DNA of 64,000 bases. Source: Tubiluchus corallicola (lineage: Eukaryota; Animalia; Priapulida). A program made the translations under genes and the position numbers. The notes under the pieces were generated by a model. The model was not told the DNA's origin and searched no databases. It saw only the letters and a list, made by a program, of their open reading frames with translations. Positions 1 to 12,600 of the stretch are shown piece after piece (within the stretch, counting starts at the first letter, position 1; every line of letters begins with the position of its first letter). The stretch covers positions 248,001 through 312,000 of the forward strand of contig JAQGDQ010002383.1 of the NCBI GenBank assembly GCA_030141605.1, given 5' to 3'.

Positions 1-611
1 TTTTTCTTTTTCAATTTTATTTTAAAGTATTGCCTATATTATGACAGATCATAAGCTATTGCTGAACTGCACGTAATACATAGGAAAGATTTATGCAGAA
101 GTGAAAAGCGGATACGAAGCAAACTTAAAACAGAAAATGATCAGTGAAGTGACATATAGCAGGCCAGCACGACCCATCATTGGTGCAAGTTCGATGAAAG
201 CCAACGATGCTGAAGGACTCGTCTCCAGTAATCTCACCGTTCATAGTCAGCTTTTATGTTCATGTAAATTATTTCATTTTAATGTGCGAATAAAAAATTG
301 AATTGAATTGTACAATAGGAGTAGCTTAACCAACGATGAATTACGGATGTGGAAAAGTTACAAGTGAGAACATTAATATTATAGACGCAAATTAAATGAA
401 ATTAAAATGCATAACAATATGGTTACCAGCGTGTAATTAAGTGTAGCTTTTCCTCTTACAAATAAGGAAAATGCAAATAAAATCGCAGTCTCACAAAAAC
501 TTTTTGTTAACACATTTCTTTATGAAAATTCTATATTAAGAAACAAGAGAACATTCAAAAAAACTGTTCACTTATTGAAGCCGAAGCGCATTGTGGGAAT
601 TTGTTTACAAG

Positions 612-616
612 ATGGA
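612..616 (+). CDS. SRPBCC-like gene coding exon 1 (ATGGA)
   Basis: caagATGGA|gtaagc; phase 2 joins exon 2 in frame (GA+T = Asp). Confidence 0.65.
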
Positions 617-3109
617 GTAAGCGGTTACTATGTTTTTATCTCATCTATCCTGTTATAGATTTTTATTTTATAGCAAATAAATTGCATGACAGTTTGTTAC
701 TTTTTACACGTTTTATTGTTGCATGACCGTCAGTTTGTTATGAGCAACATTTTAAGAGTAAACAGACTGATTCGAATACACTTACTATGACCTACAATAC
801 TGGTTTTGCTTTGGCTTGGAGTAGTACCGTACAATCGTAGCAGCAGTAATACTGCAAGCGTAAAGCCCTGAGCTTGTGTGTGACACTAATAAGTATTTTA
901 TTTAATAATTGCACAACTTATTGTAGTTCAGTAGATGACTCTGGGTTAGGAGATCAGCTAAAAATTGTAAAGAATAATTGTCGTGGAAGCGCATGTGGTG
1001 ATGCAGAGAATATCCACAAAACTGAAAACATGGTTGCTGTTGAGGAAAAAAATGATAACTGCGGAAAGCATTTCGAAAGCAAGAACAGTGAAGAGAAGAA
1101 AACCAGTGACATAAAAAGTCAACCAAAAGCAGAGAATATGAATGATGAAGAAGAGCATAAGAAGTCAAAAGTGGAACCAAAAGATTGTGAGGATACAAAA
1201 TCAGACAACTTGAAAGAAGCCACTGAGAATGACGAAGTACTATACGAAACGGCTGATGACAACGAAGTGCATTTGAAAAAATCATGGAAGGAGGGATACT
1301 TGTATGTAATTTGCAGCTAAATTTCAGATAATGAAAATTTGTATACACCTTATATTTTATATAAACATTCACTTTCTTCATTTAGAAATTAGGGTTTTAA
1401 TCAATATGCATATGTGGCTGCACTTTTTTTAAAGTCTACGTAGAACTCTGTCTTACCTTAACTTGAGTTGCCTGTGATATTCATTAACGTCCACAAATCA
1501 GTGAAGTCACTCCAGTACTTTTTTATTGTGGTATCGAGTAACAGCACTTGTTTATTTTTACACACTACAAGAACTTCTGAACTAGTCAGTCCAGTTTGTA
1601 CGGACCTGTCAGCCTCAAGATGCAGCAAATCTGGATATTTCTCAAAGGGTTAAAAAGCCTGTATGTTTCTTAAAAAAGCCCGGACTCTTTGTACTCCAGA
1701 TTTTTTTGACATCCACTTGTTAAAAAAGTGAAGCTACCACATCATAGATTATATTTAAGATCAATAATAACTTGGCCATTCCAAAATTTTTGAATCATAA
1801 TATCCTGTTCAAAAAAATTGACTGGGCACTGATTGCAATAAAATGAGACAGTTTTTGGGTTCTTTTCATTGTGAAATGAGCTTATTTAAGTTATTACAGG
1901 CTGCTCAGATGTGGCGGCATTCTAAACTACTTTGTGAAAGAAAAATTTGGTATTTTTTAGTTTTAATTAGTATAGCTGGTGGCCAAATTCTGCATAATGT
2001 GTACTGCATTTTTCTTTATTTTTTGATAATAGGTATTATATTAATTGTTTCAATGCAGCAGAGAAATTAGCTAAAACTTCATAGCGTAGTGCTGTGTATT
2101 TTGTTTAGCATGGACCAGTTTTCGCAAATTTTAATTTTTGCCTGTCAATTATCATTAAAAACAAAACTTAGTGGAATTTGCAGGGCTTGAAAAGATCTAC
2201 AAAATGGTATAAAGTTTGTATGTTTAGCGCATTTTCAAAAAAAGTACAGTCAAAGAGTGGACATTTTTGCATAGTTACTAATGCCATATTTAATCAAGGT
2301 TGGTTTCACTACATTATGTGAAAAATTTGTGACTATTTTATAAACTGCAGCTCTAGACTCCTATGTAGAGCTTTTTGTATACTTGACGAGAACTTTCGAC
2401 CAAGTAAACAACTGATACCTTTTCAGAAAAATGCCAAGTTGGAAGTTTGTTGTTCCCAGCTGTATTATTGTTGCTGTCATGGCCGTCCTCGCACAAATCG
2501 AGTTTCCAACACAACTAATCCTGCTGGAAAAAACAGTAGCACTACCTGCAACTATTGATGAGGTATTTAACATGGTTTCCGATCTTGAAAAGTTGCCTGA
2601 GGTTTGTATCAATCTGTTAACTTTGTCAATCTGAAATAAACGTTTATTAATCGTAAAGGAGTTAATCAATTTACAAACATTACATTGCTTTATCTTGTAT
2701 ATGCCAAGCTGTTTGTTTTTGTGAACTCTCTTTCTAATGTCATGGTCTAGTTTTTATAAAAGGTTTAAGGTTTACATTAATGCTCTTGATAATAAAAAGC
2801 TCTATGAAACTACTTATACTGGTAGCATAGTTCTAATGGAATATCATAGACTTTAAGGATTATCATAGACTCACTGATTGTTTGTTTAAAAGCTACTGTA
2901 ATGCTTGTATCACGCAAGACTCTTGCATTATTTGAGTGTAACATTTACAATAACACCTGCGTCATGTTGAATATTTTATTCTTCCGGTGGCTGCCACATT
3001 TACGACCTTACAGATTTTTTGTGGCAGTCTCCTTGACATGTCGTTACATTGTATACGTAATATTTTACATCGAATATTGTAAAAATAAATTGTCTACTAT
3101 TACTACTAT

Positions 3110-3196
<87 letters not shown>

Positions 3197-5139
3197 CACT
3201 ACCACTACCACTACCACTACCACTACTACTAATGTGATGTAGAATTACTTATATAACCACTTTCCAAGAAACTGACAGTTTAATGTGCTATATTTCTATT
3301 TTAGTGGATGCCTGAAGCTGGAATGGTAATAGCGCAAGATAGCCTACCCATAGGCAAAGAAAAAACGTATAGTATCATTACTTCGGCACCAATCGGACGT
3401 ACGTTGTGATTGTTTGCATTAAATTTTCATGGGTCACTTGACCACTTTTTAGTTTATTTTCATATATTCACTAATAGTAGTTACATAACTCTTTTCAGCA
3501 AGGTGTTAAAATTTAGTATGACATTTTCTCATTGAAATATAGCAAGTCCTCACTTAACATCAGGAATTGATTTAGTAAAGTATATAGTATCAACAAAATT
3601 GTTGTCAAGTGAAGCCATACTGTCAGGGGAATTAGTATTAATACATGGAAGATTGGATGTGTATAAGTCTTGATAGTTTGTGAGCTTCATTACTTACATT
3701 TACACAGACTATTTCTGGAATACTAATTGCAGTAACTGGCGATTACCCCATTTGAATAAAATTTGGGTTATTTTGTGGCAGTTTCTTGTAGCGCAGTGTA
3801 ATAAATTATTGACTTGAATTTCAAGAATAGTTTATAATTTAGGTATTACTGTTGTAGATTCCTTTGTTGTGCACTGTTCACTTATGATGTTTTATCTTTT
3901 CCTCAGCCTAAAATGCAAACAAGATGACTGTAGCCTATACATATACCCTAAAAGGCAATGCCTTCTTTATGCGACAGTTTCATCATGCATCATCATATCA
4001 TTTGTAAGAGGGGGGGGAAGCATCCGCCGCCCTCCCAGAAGAGAACTCCCAAGTACAGAACATTTGTAGTTCCTAGTCACATGAAAAACCAAATTAGGTG
4101 CACTCTGCAAGCAGCTAGATTTTAACTGTGTTCCCCTGCATGATTTTGCATTTTAGCTGATTGAGTTTGCCAAAAGTATCTTGGCACTCTAAGTAACAAA
4201 GCTGGCAGCCAAGTGTGTTGCGTGAATCAGCAACCAACAGTTCGCATGCTTAAACAGTATTTCTGTTATTAGAACATCAAAACCTAAGATGATAATTTTA
4301 ATCCCTAGATGTTTCTTTGTAAGTGTAAATATGTGCTGTGCCTCGAGTTCTTTTCTAAGTAGTGTGAAATGGGAATTACTTGCTATTCAAACTGAGGATT
4401 TTCCTTTGTTAAAACCAAATTACAACCATCGAATTTTCAAGAACTTGAGTCTGAAATTATTAACTATATGTTTTTTTAATGCAGCTGGTTTTCGTTCCTA
4501 TGCAAAAATCAGAAAGTTTAAAGCACTTGAGCATATCGAGTACGTTATAGAGTCACTGATTTTTCCTCGTCGAATCACTTTTGATTTCAACACTGAAAAA
4601 GATTCAACCCTTAAAAGAAACCTGACCCGATTAACAGTAAAGATGGATGTCGGAAAGATGAGCTATCTTTATCGGGTGAGTGTACGCATTGATGGTACAT
4701 GTTAGTAGTTTTCCTTTCGTCTCCTAGAATTATATTTTTTTATGTTTTAATGCAGTTGCCACTCTACAAGCCAAGATCCTGGACTCACCTGCTGTGCTGA
4801 TGGTTGTGGCTGGACTGAAACATAGCTCATTGTCTAGGATAATCTTCTGATGTGAGACACTAAAGTGGCAAATGTATCTTTTCTCAGATTCACCTACAAT
4901 CTTCTTTAAACTGCCAGCATTCTAAAGACTGATGACAATGTGGCAAGTTAAACTTCCCAGAAGCTGTATTCTAGTGATCACCCAGCCATTTGCTAACCAG
5001 GTCTAGCAGTACTTACCTTGCAATCGTTGTATTAATTTTGCAACTTTTTTTATAGTACACTATTCATCCCTGCCTGTCATTTGTTGCTGGTAATTCAGTG
5101 CGTAATGGATTATTCCGATTACTGTGGACATTTCAATGA
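612..5139 (+). CDS. Uncharacterised 307-aa protein: acidic/Lys-rich disordered N-terminus + single hydrophobic helix + probable SRPBCC/START-like (polyketide cyclase/dehydrase) domain; join(612..616,927..1301,2427..2601,3305..3398,4485..4675,5056..5139)
   Basis: All five introns are GT-AG with matching phases (2,2,0,1,0); 924 nt open from ATG to TGA. Translation: MDSVDDSG...EGYLKMPSWKFVVPSCIIVAVMAVLAQ...EKTVALPATIDEVFNMVSDLEKLPEWMP...GNSVRNGLFRLLWTFQ*. The 'A...EVF..VSD....PEW.P' pattern is typical of SRPBCC N-termini (recognised by eye, not searched). Confidence 0.8.
927..1301 (+). CDS. SRPBCC-like gene exon 2 (D/E/K-rich region)
   Basis: Acceptor ttgtag, donor gtatgt; lies within ORF 874..1320. 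Confidence 0.8.
2427..2601 (+). CDS. SRPBCC-like gene exon 3 (hydrophobic helix and domain start)
   Basis: Acceptor cttttcag, donor gtttgt; ORF 2431..2634. Confidence 0.85.
2985..3093 (+). mobile_element. Probable LINE/SINE 3' end (stem-loop + AATAAA)
   Basis: ctgccaca...tgtggcag stem, then aataaa directly before the (ACT)n tract. Confidence 0.4.
3094..3230. repeat. (ACT)n/(ACC) trinucleotide microsatellite
   Basis: Directly visible, about 45 units. Confidence 0.97.
3305..3398 (+). CDS. SRPBCC-like gene exon 4 (WMPEAGMVIAQDSLPIGKEKTYSIITSAPIG)
   Basis: Acceptor attttag, donor gtacgt; phase 0 to phase 1. Confidence 0.8.
4485..4675 (+). CDS. SRPBCC-like gene exon 5
   Basis: Acceptor ttttaatgcag, donor gtgagt; lies within ORF 4289..4705. 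Confidence 0.85.
5056..5139 (+). CDS. SRPBCC-like gene last coding exon (YTIHPCLSFVAGNSVRNGLFRLLWTFQ*)
   Basis: Acceptor ttttttatag, phase 0, ends TGA; would supply the C-terminal helix expected of the fold. Confidence 0.75.
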   Translation, partial: YTIHPCLSFVAGNSVRNGLFRLLWTFQ

Positions 5140-5454
5140 CAACTGGAGGACGGGGAAGGTGGAGACTATGTGCAAGAAGACATCTTTCTTGCTCAAAAGC
5201 AATAGACGTGCTGCATTGAATCATTGTTATAATACAAAATCCAGTATCATGGTTTTCAAGTGACTTCTCACAATATTTCAAAACAAGAATTGTTTGCTTT
5301 ATCCAAATTTTTATCAGATTGGAAATATAGGCAGCTTAAATGGGCAGAGCTTTAAGAAATCTGATAAAGTGCAGTACAACACGAAAATATGAACTGCTTA
5401 TAACCGCTCAACTGCAAAATAACGCAGTTCTTTGAGATTACATCTCCACTGATG

Positions 5455-5827
5455 CAGAACTGGGATGATTCACTTAACCGGTTAATTTTTTATCGGTTAA
5501 CCGATTAATCGGATCTAGGCAAAATCGGAGACCTTCTATAATTTGCTGACTGGATCAGTGGATAATCAAATAAACAAGAAATTTACAATGCAAACATATA
5601 TCAGGAATATGTTCAAATAAGAGTGAAACTTTTATACATAGGAAGTGAAAAGTGTGTTTGTAAGGATGCCAAGCATTGTTTAACTAAGTGCAACACTTTC
5701 CTACATAGAAATGAAAAGTCTCTACAGTAAGGATGTGGTTAAGGTTCAAATTATTTATCATTTATATATAAAGATCGGTCAACCGGTTAAAAAAATTTAC
5801 CGATTAATTTCCATTAACCCAGCACTG
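5455..5827. mobile_element. hAT-type MITE
   Basis: Imperfect TIRs cagaactggg...cccagcactg; perfect 8-bp TSD cactgatg (5447-5454 and 5828-5835); subterminal aaccg(g/a)ttaa motifs. Confidence 0.8.
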
Positions 5828-7936
5828 CACTGATGTCTGAAGTCCAACAAAATCAAATGGGGATGTACTTTAGTTAAACAATGTCGTTTTGTGAAAGTAC
5901 GTTGTCAGTGGGAATTGTCCATGTGATAAGGCTAATACTAGTCAGTTCGAAGCCTTGATTCAGTCTCAATGACTCTTGATCATTTATATATCATGCACTC
6001 AATTATAGCTTACATAATTCAGGTTATACTAGCACTTTTTACCATATGTCAATATGCTAACTTTGCACTACTGACAAAAACTAGTTTAAAGCTAAAAATT
6101 TAAATCTTAGCATTCATTGGAATATGCTTATCTCTTATCAGTACCCTGAGACATTCATAGTGTCTATACTGTAGTTTGTTAAATCATTCATAATCTAGAA
6201 AGCTATTACAGTAAGAACATTAATTCTGTTTTGATAGGAAAATAAAATTCTGCAAAAGACTGTGATGAATCTAGTTCATTTAAATGAATCTCAAACGTAT
6301 ATAATGCCTATATGAACTATGCGTTTTTATTTATGTTTTAGAATAGTGTATGTATTGTAACTTGAATGTAGTATGTAGCTTAGAAGTATGTGTCACTTCA
6401 CATTATTTACAATTCCGTCCATTGCAATATGCCTGTTCAGCACACTATTTTTAAATAGGAAGCAATGCTGATGATATTATCCAGTAAGTTGAATATGTTA
6501 CTTGTTATTAGATAGTTGCATAAACTGTGGAAAGCTAAAAAATCACTTCAAATAAAATGAAGTCCCAAGTGCATTTGAATAAATTATGTGCATTATAAAT
6601 TATTATTATTACTAACATAAATAAAATTGCATTCCTAATGCAGGTTGTGTGGAATACATTGTGCCTTATTTATATTGTGATTTACTTTCTGCTATAGTTT
6701 GCTCATGGTGTTACACTTTTTTCTATTTCTGTACTAATATTTTGCACTTTATTGAGCAGTTGCAACAAAGCCCGACTTTATGTATTAAGGTTGTTATCAT
6801 AATATGCAGTTTAATAATGCACGTTACCTTATTATCAGTTTAATAATGCACGTTTATGACAATAATTGTAACACATTAACTTTTATATGCAATAGAAGTA
6901 TGGGGCAGACATAAAAATACCAAAATTGAAGTGAAATCAGATGTTCCAAACTTACTGTTAGGCCCTACATGACATATAGTTTGTATTATTGTTGAAAATG
7001 CAGTGCTTGTAAGAGTGAGTTTCCAAATGTTTCACAGTCATTCTCACTAGTAATTACAACCTTTTATTGGGTATAGTCTATTGTTTTTGTGCAATGAGGT
7101 GGCTGTTACATAATATTATTTTCTTTACATGCATTTGTTCAAATAGTTACTTTTACACTGTTTTTGAATTTGTCGGGGAAGCTGTGTAGCAAATGAGCAT
7201 TGAGGGACCAACACTATTTGTGAGACAGTCTGCCTTACCTATTTTTGGATCATTCCACTTTATGCTAGATAATGGTTTGTTCATTCACCAATTTAACTTT
7301 TGTGTGAATAAATTTTTGCAATTTGCGCACAAATTTTGATTTTGATTTGACTTAATTCATTCCAGGTAACTTTTTCCAAATCGTAGTGTTTCAGAAACCA
7401 CTAGTTTTGTTGGGTAAAGCGGGCCTATTTCTTATTCTATTTGATAACCCTAACCTTTAACTTCATCAAATTAAAGTTTGGTGTTTGATTATAAATATTA
7501 GGTTCTGTTATCGAGTCTCCAATACAAACAATACCCCTGTCAGGTATTAATGTGTGATTAATTTAAAATCTGTAGCTCTACTCCATGCAATTAAATAAAA
7601 CTAAAATTTAAATGGTCTTTAACTCTATATACACTAAGATCAGTAGTTTAACGATTAATATAAAGTGTGATAGTCTCAGTACATAGCAAATTTTTTCACT
7701 GGAATTTTATTTTTTCACAATCCAAAGCAAAAATTTGCAGTAACCGATTTAATAAAATGAGTAAATTCAATACTCGTGTAAAAATAAATTTTTGCATAAT
7801 TTCAACAGGTGTTAATCTATCTACATCACAATTAAATATCAAATTTGCTATAAAAATAAATTTCAGGAATCTACAGCATGTATGATAGGTCATCATCCCA
7901 CTTTAAAACATCACACCCCACTCAAGTATCCATTCC

Positions 7937-8440
7937 AAATCTAAAACCAATTCGTATTTGACTAAAACACCATTAGTTTGAAAACTGATCTAATTGTTGA
8001 TATGAGCAAACCTTTGGTTCCCAACTGGAATGCAAAATGTGCCATAATTGAACATACGGTAATGTCCAACCCCCTTTTGCTGCTTATTTAAGAACGATTT
8101 GTCTTATTAATAGTGAAGTTACTACACAAAATCAAGTAAAAAATAGCAATAAAAGAAAAGATGCTTAAAAAACAGGCAATGATATGTTAAACGTCTAGTA
8201 ATCAGTTTCTTATAACACTAAATCTAAAACCATTTGGTATTTAACTAAAACATTAGTATGAATGCTAATTGTTGATATGAGCAAAGCTTTCGTTTCCAAC
8301 TGGCATGCAAGATGTGTTGTACAATAACTGAACACGGTAATCTCGATTCCTTTTAACAAAAATGAAGTTCAATACAATCAAGTAAAAAGTAGCAAACAAA
8401 ACAAAAAGCATTAAAAAACAGGGAATGGTGTGTCAAACAC
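7937..8440. repeat. Diverged tandem duplication (period about 283 bp) downstream of the PBLD stop codon
   Basis: aaatctaaaacca...ctaattgttgatatgagcaaa...ccaactgg...aatcaagtaaaaa...ttaaaaaacagg starts at 7937 and again at 8220. Confidence 0.85.
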
Positions 8441-8586
8441 AGTAAATAGTAAATTATCGAGCTAGCATTCTTAAAGCAAAAGACGTAAATCGGTTTGTTT
8501 ATAGTGAACAGAACCTTGCACATGTCTGTCTTTGAGTACCATACATCAACTTTCTTTCTGAAGAACAGAAGTAAATCGTCTCAAGT

Positions 8587-8708
8587 CTAGATACCAGGCA
8601 CATTCATCCTGCCTTCCACGACTATAACTGCTTGTCCTGACACAGCCACCCTCCCATCTCCTTTCACATCTATTGCCAAGTCTCCGCCACGTTTTGAACA
8701 CTGGCGAG
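8587..8708 (-). CDS. PBLD: PBLD last exon (ARQCSKRGGDL...VEGRMNVPGI*)
   Basis: Poly-T cag acceptor; conserved C-terminal motif; TAG stop. Confidence 0.93.
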
Positions 8709-9598
8709 CTGAAAAAAAAACAAGCTGGTGTTAAATACTACGATTCTTTATTCGTCTGATAACCTGACAATTCTAGTTTCCCAACTTTGCTTGAATGACT
8801 GTTGTTGCTGGTCATTGCTATTTACTTAGCTAATTACGGTTGCTAATTTTCCAATTTTTGCAAAGTTAGTAGAATGTTTTTGACTGACAATAATGCAAAA
8901 ATGATAAGTCTGTTGCACTAAAATCGCATAAAACGAAAAAATTATTTGAGTAATTTGTATATGACTTGAGATGTTAACTGAATGCTATTGAACTCTAAAA
9001 GGACATCAACAATCACAAATATAAGTGTGCCCATGCAAGTCTTGTTTGCTAAATGGTATACACACAACATGCCATCTGCATTAAATACACAAAGTGCTAT
9101 TAAATCCAAATAAGAAGTTGTTAGTTTGACTGCTGGTAGGTTTTTCTTTTAGGCGGTGAATGTCAGATACAAGTTTACAACAAAGCACAAAAACCTGTGA
9201 AAATATCTGATAATTTAAAAAACTGATTTTAAAATTAGTTATAAAATGATAACATTGTCGCACGAAAGTAGAAGTAAGTCTACTTAGAAATATGAGTTTT
9301 TTTTACTAAATTATGGATGTTTCGATATCCCACAATAAGGGAATTAATTAGAAAACTAAGCTAGTTAACAGTCTAATTTAATAATCTAATAGATACACTA
9401 CTATGTTCACGTGCTAACCATTAATGAAAGATTTTATTCCTATAACTAAGTACAGTTCTATGTATACTATAGTAACTAAGTATAGTAACTGGATGATGCT
9501 CGAAAATAAGAAATTCTGTGATGACGAAATTTACCTGCATAATAGGAGAAATGAGTTCTAATATTTTAAAGTATGGGGTTAGTGCTATACTCATATAT

Positions 9599-9630
<32 letters not shown>

Positions 9631-12600
9631 CACAGATATGACTAAAAGCCAGTCTAAATAAATACTATAGTTATGTTAACACACAATATTTACACAATAA
9701 CATTTTCACTGGTATCTCCCAATCAAAAAATAAGCTTAGCTTCATAAAGTGGCACTGAATACATGGAATCCTCAACACTGAATCAGACAGCCGTTTCATA
9801 AGAAAACGTTTTCTATTTTCATATGTAACTGCATCATGCTATCATTCCGATATTATGTGCTTTGTACAGTCATGACAACATAAGTATTCACAATACTTTA
9901 AGTACCACGCAAATGTTGCTTATCAAGGCATTTCGACCAATAAGGTGCCAACACAGTGTGTGCAGAACCAGTCACTGGATCCTCCGGAATCCCGTTCCAA
10001 GGTGTAAAGAAGCGTGAAAAGAAGTCATAACCATCATCGCTGTCATCTCCTTGAAGTGAAATAATTACGCCACGTATCACGCCAGTCGAGTCTGATGCCA
10101 CCATCTTATCAATCTGAGGATTTAGCGACTCCAGATCATTTCTAAATAAATAAACATATTTTTCAGACAGGAATACAAAAAAACTCACGCAAAATTTTAT
10201 TTATACCCTGCTTGCAATCAGCAAGCGACGATGTACAGCCACTGGTATCAGTTAATTTTAAAACAACAATAGCGACAACCGACTAACACAGAAATCTTTG
10301 ACAAGGATGATAAATCTTTTATTCAACAAATTGTAATACAATAATACACAAAGAGTGCCTCTTTTTGCAGGCAGACGTTTAATAAAGTTTACAGCATAAT
10401 ACAGTGAAATCTTATTTGTTAGCACATTAAAAATAAATAACAATCCATATTAAACTAACTTCATTATGGGTCCAACATATTTTATATTACATCGCTTCCC
10501 ATAGCCTCATAGAAGCATTATTTCCCAACTGAAAACAAAGTGGGCTATTCCTTTACCTTACTACACGACAAATCTTCATCTTGAGAATAACACAATTTAA
10601 CAGTTTAATCATTTTGTTATTCGAGCAACACAATAAATTGCTATTATAGAGATCTGCAGTTTCTCGAAATAAAAGCATCTTTAATTAAACAAATGAAAGC
10701 ATCAAAAATTATTGTCTCTTTTACATACAACACAATTGAACACAGTTCTTTATCTCCAATAAAGTACCACTACAAATGTGTAGTAAATGGCAAATTTAAC
10801 ATCAAAATCTGTCGTTTGAAACTAAGGACAAGCACAATCGCTCGCCCACTAATGATAACTCTCTTAACAATAAAGATTCTCTATTATTATACTGTTCAGA
10901 ACGTTCAGAGCAAAGTTGCCCCACATTTTACAAATAGTGCACCTCTACTATATTTAGAAACACAAAAGTTTTACTTACATGTATCGAGTGATTAGCCCCA
11001 AAGACTACTTGCAAGTAATTTGAAATAGAAGGGCTACATAATAAGCCAAAAAATATTAATGTCTAACAGCAGTATAAATGAACGACTAATTTTCAAGCTT
11101 TTTTTACATCTAGTCCTTTAATTCAAGCCACCTAGCCCATCATGTCAAAAATTTTACATCATTACATCGAAATTTTTACCGCTACACTGAAAATAATGAA
11201 TCATGTGTAGATTTTTTTATTATTTGATTGGAATGGCCCCAACACCTGGGTACAGAAAAACCTACTTTTTTGTGACTAATTAACAGGATTAGCTTCTAAT
11301 GATGTAATCCCTAGAAAAGAGCTGAAAAACTCCTGGAACACCCCAAATTAACTAGTCAACTAACAGGAGCATCTAGATGCCGTAACAGCTTAGAAATGAC
11401 TACCCATCGTGCAAATGTGTTATAAGCATAGAATTCCTGACATCACAGAATATGGCAGTGACTCATATTTCTGCAACTAAAGGTAACAAATCCAATGTGC
11501 TATACTCCCAAGTCTTACAGTATACTATATGTGATCCTTTCAACATTGAACCGTACCAATGGTAAATATAATGATCTTACGAGAACAAAAGAGTACATAC
11601 AGTACCTTGTCAAGTTACTATCGAGAACTATCAGTAGTTTCTTGGTCGTTGGTGAATACTGCACATCTTTTACAGGCAGATTGCCTACACAAACCTGCAA
11701 GATTAAAATTAACTTTCACTTGGCATCAGTAAATTCAAATAAAAACACAAAGTGAAATTGTCGAAATTCTACTATTGAATTCATTTTATTGTTTAAAGTG
11801 GTAGCAGTTATTTTTTAAATTACCTTTACTGTGTGTGAGATGGGAAATTATAATGACAATTACTCCTTCTTTTTTCTTACAATAAGATCTTAGCCTGTGA
11901 CATTAAATAAATATATGCAGTTAATTACAGCGATACTATGTACAGTGAATAGTGATTGTATTTTCTTCATTTACAGTCATACTAAACCTCGCTATAACAT
12001 AAGGTTTTACAGCTTAAAATCCTACCCCATTTACGAATATTCAATTTACTTTATTATAAACTTACTGTAAAACTTGTTTCTTTTGATTTTTTATTAAATG
12101 GCTGTTAGCGGTATTAAATTCGAAGAACCGCCATTTTTGTTGCGTGAGACGAATGGCGTTATGAGTAAAGTCACAAAGTCACCAAAGATTGGCAAACAAA
12201 CATCGGTAACCGAAGACGCTTTCTGTACCTCGTATGTCATTTTAGCTCACTGGTGCCAAACAAGCGAAACACTGCAATTTTTACGGTAATGCACGCGTTC
12301 GAAATTTGCAAGAAAAAGGTAACTTATTTAATTTATCTCTTTTTTGTTTAATAACAACTATGAATACTTTATGTAATCATAATAATGTGTTAAGGAAACT
12401 TCAGTGTCTGTTGGGGTTATACAGGCCTTTAAAAAATTGAAATGTTTGATACTTAGGCCCTTATACAAGTCAACTAAAGTTTCAAAGTTGTGGAACTACG
12501 AACAACGAATGTAGCATTAGCACAAATTATGCAAATTTAAGTTAAAAATCTTGAAAAATCAACATGCTGTGTTTGTTTTCCAATTCAGTAAACTAATCGC

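Noticed and set aside
902-1381. 159-aa minus-strand ORF
   Set aside because: Antisense shadow of the purine-rich exon 2; no recognisable motifs.
2901-3242. Poly-Thr, mucin-like ORF
   Set aside because: Translation of the intronic (ACT)n microsatellite.
5081-5263. 60-aa plus-strand ORF as the last exon of gene 1
   Set aside because: The phase-0 acceptor at 5055 gives a different frame ending at 5139.
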